Shown here: positions 62,682 through 64,000 of the stretch, one piece after another
How positions within the stretch are numbered: position 1 is the first letter of the stretch
Layout: every line of letters begins with the position of its first letter
Source of the DNA: Gekko japonicus
Taxonomy: Eukaryota
Reading direction: 5' to 3'
DNA: 64,000 nucleotides
NCBI RefSeq assembly: GCF_001447785.1
Contig: NW_015171648.1
Location: 1 to 64,000 of the forward strand
Made by a program: the position numbers and the translations under genes
Notes under the pieces: generated by a model
Told to the model about the DNA's origin: nothing
Database searches by the model: none
The model's input: only the letters and a program-made list of their open reading frames with translations

Positions 62682-63471
62682 TTTTACATTTAAATATTTT
62701 TTGTATATTAATTCCTAATGTTTATGTTCTAAAGTTTACATTTCAAAATTCTCTTTGACACCGTGAGAGTTGAGCATCTTATTTCCCTATGGAAATTAAT
62801 GTAAATGAGAGGATAAAAGACTCTTCTTCTTTTTGTTTCTCCTGATCTACATATTTTATTTCTCCTGATCTGTATATAGAGAAAAATAACTATATCTTTG
62901 ATTATGTTTGCATACAATCCTACACACTGATAACATACCTGAGCACAAACTAAAGCTTTTCCTCTTAACTGAAACTAGCATTGACTCACTACTGTAGAAT
63001 TTTCATGTTTATTTTTTATGTCATACCCAAATTTAATGGAATTGGAAAACATATTTTGGGAACACAGAAACTTGCTCTGTAGCTGCCCTCATGAGAACCT
63101 GTGAATAAACAGAATTTTAAAAGAAAAGAATGGAGGGTTGGTTGAAGAAAGTAAAGCAATCATACGTGAAGCAACATTAACCTTCCCTACAGGAAAGATG
63201 GCCAGTCAATGAAAGTCAGAACTTTCTACATTTTGACCAGAGCTTGAAGATACGATCTAGGACAGTGTTTCCCAACCTGTGGGTCAGTACCCAAAAGTAG
63301 GTCGCAAAGCCTCTGCAAGGGGGTCATAAGCCAGCCCTCCCTAATGGTCGCCACTGCCCTTTTCATTGCTTTCTTTGGTACCTTGGAAGCCCAGATCTGA
63401 CCTTGGAAGCATCATCATCCATGTCATACATTAGTTGGTATTTTTTCTGCACTGCATATCCATGTCCTGAT

Positions 63472-63936
63472 TAGTGCTCCCTCTAAGCTGTTGAGTCTTG
63501 TAAGCAAAAAATCTACTTTGGGAGCTACTGGCATTAAAGTTGTGAGCGAGCGATTTGGCTACTACATAAGTTAGTTTGCTCTGGAGCCATCCTTCCTGAG
63601 CTAAAATGAAAATCTGTGTTTGTTGTTCAGTCGCACAGTCGAGTCCGACTCTTCGCGACCCCATGGACCAGATCATGCCAGGCCTTCCGGTCTTCCGCCA
63701 TCCTCTGAAGTTGGCTCAACTTCATGTTCGTTGCATCTATGACACTGTCTAACCATCTCATCCTTTGCCGTCCCCGTCTTCTTCGACCTTCAGTCTTTCC
63801 CAGCATCAGGGTCTTCTCCAGTGAGGGCTCCCTTCTCATTGGGTGGCCAAAGTATTTGAGCTTCAGTTTCATTATCTGGCTGGAGGCTAAAAAACTGTGA
63901 GCTAGCTCTCACTAACTCAGCTTAGAGGGAACACTG
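63472..63936. mobile_element. hAT-like MITE with nested Bov-B
   Basis: TIRs TAGTGCTCCCTCTAAGCTG / CAGCTTAGAGGGAACACTG; TSD GTCCTGAT/GTCCTGGT. Confidence 0.85.
63619..63880 (-). mobile_element. Bov-B (RTE) LINE 3' fragment
   Basis: LKLKYFGHPMRREPSLEKTLMLGKTEGRRRRGRQRMRWLD. Confidence 0.9.
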
Positions 63937-64000
63937 GTCCTGGTGGTCGCTGGAGTGAGTGAGAATCTTAGGGAGGATGGATTAATGGAGGAGAGTGCGG

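Overview
Vertebrate genomic DNA from a squamate reptile (Sauria SINEs, Bov-B, CR1 and L2 repeats), lying inside a clustered protocadherin locus. The window holds eight same-strand (+) protocadherin-beta-type large exons. Each encodes a signal peptide, 6 cadherin repeats, a TM segment and a beta-type cytoplasmic motif YxYxVCLxGGSLxSxFRFLRP; two exons are interrupted by assembly gaps. They form three subfamilies in the order A-B-C-A-B-C-A-B, i.e. a tandemly duplicated three-gene cassette with paralogous intergenic DNA. Each exon has a forward CTCF-like promoter element 250-285 bp upstream of the ATG, none with the mammalian CGCT box. Each also has a phase-0 5' splice donor at the equivalent position near its end, although mammalian beta genes have no constant exons. 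Other notable points: a mosaic gene (A2) whose EC1/EC4 resemble one paralog and EC2/EC3 another; an L2-LINE fragment fused in frame to a duplicated Pcdh tail with an orphan donor; a relic pseudogene; an 18-bp palindrome in all B promoters; and many TEs with readable target-site duplications. The A/B/C labels are mine, and no constant exon lies in the window.
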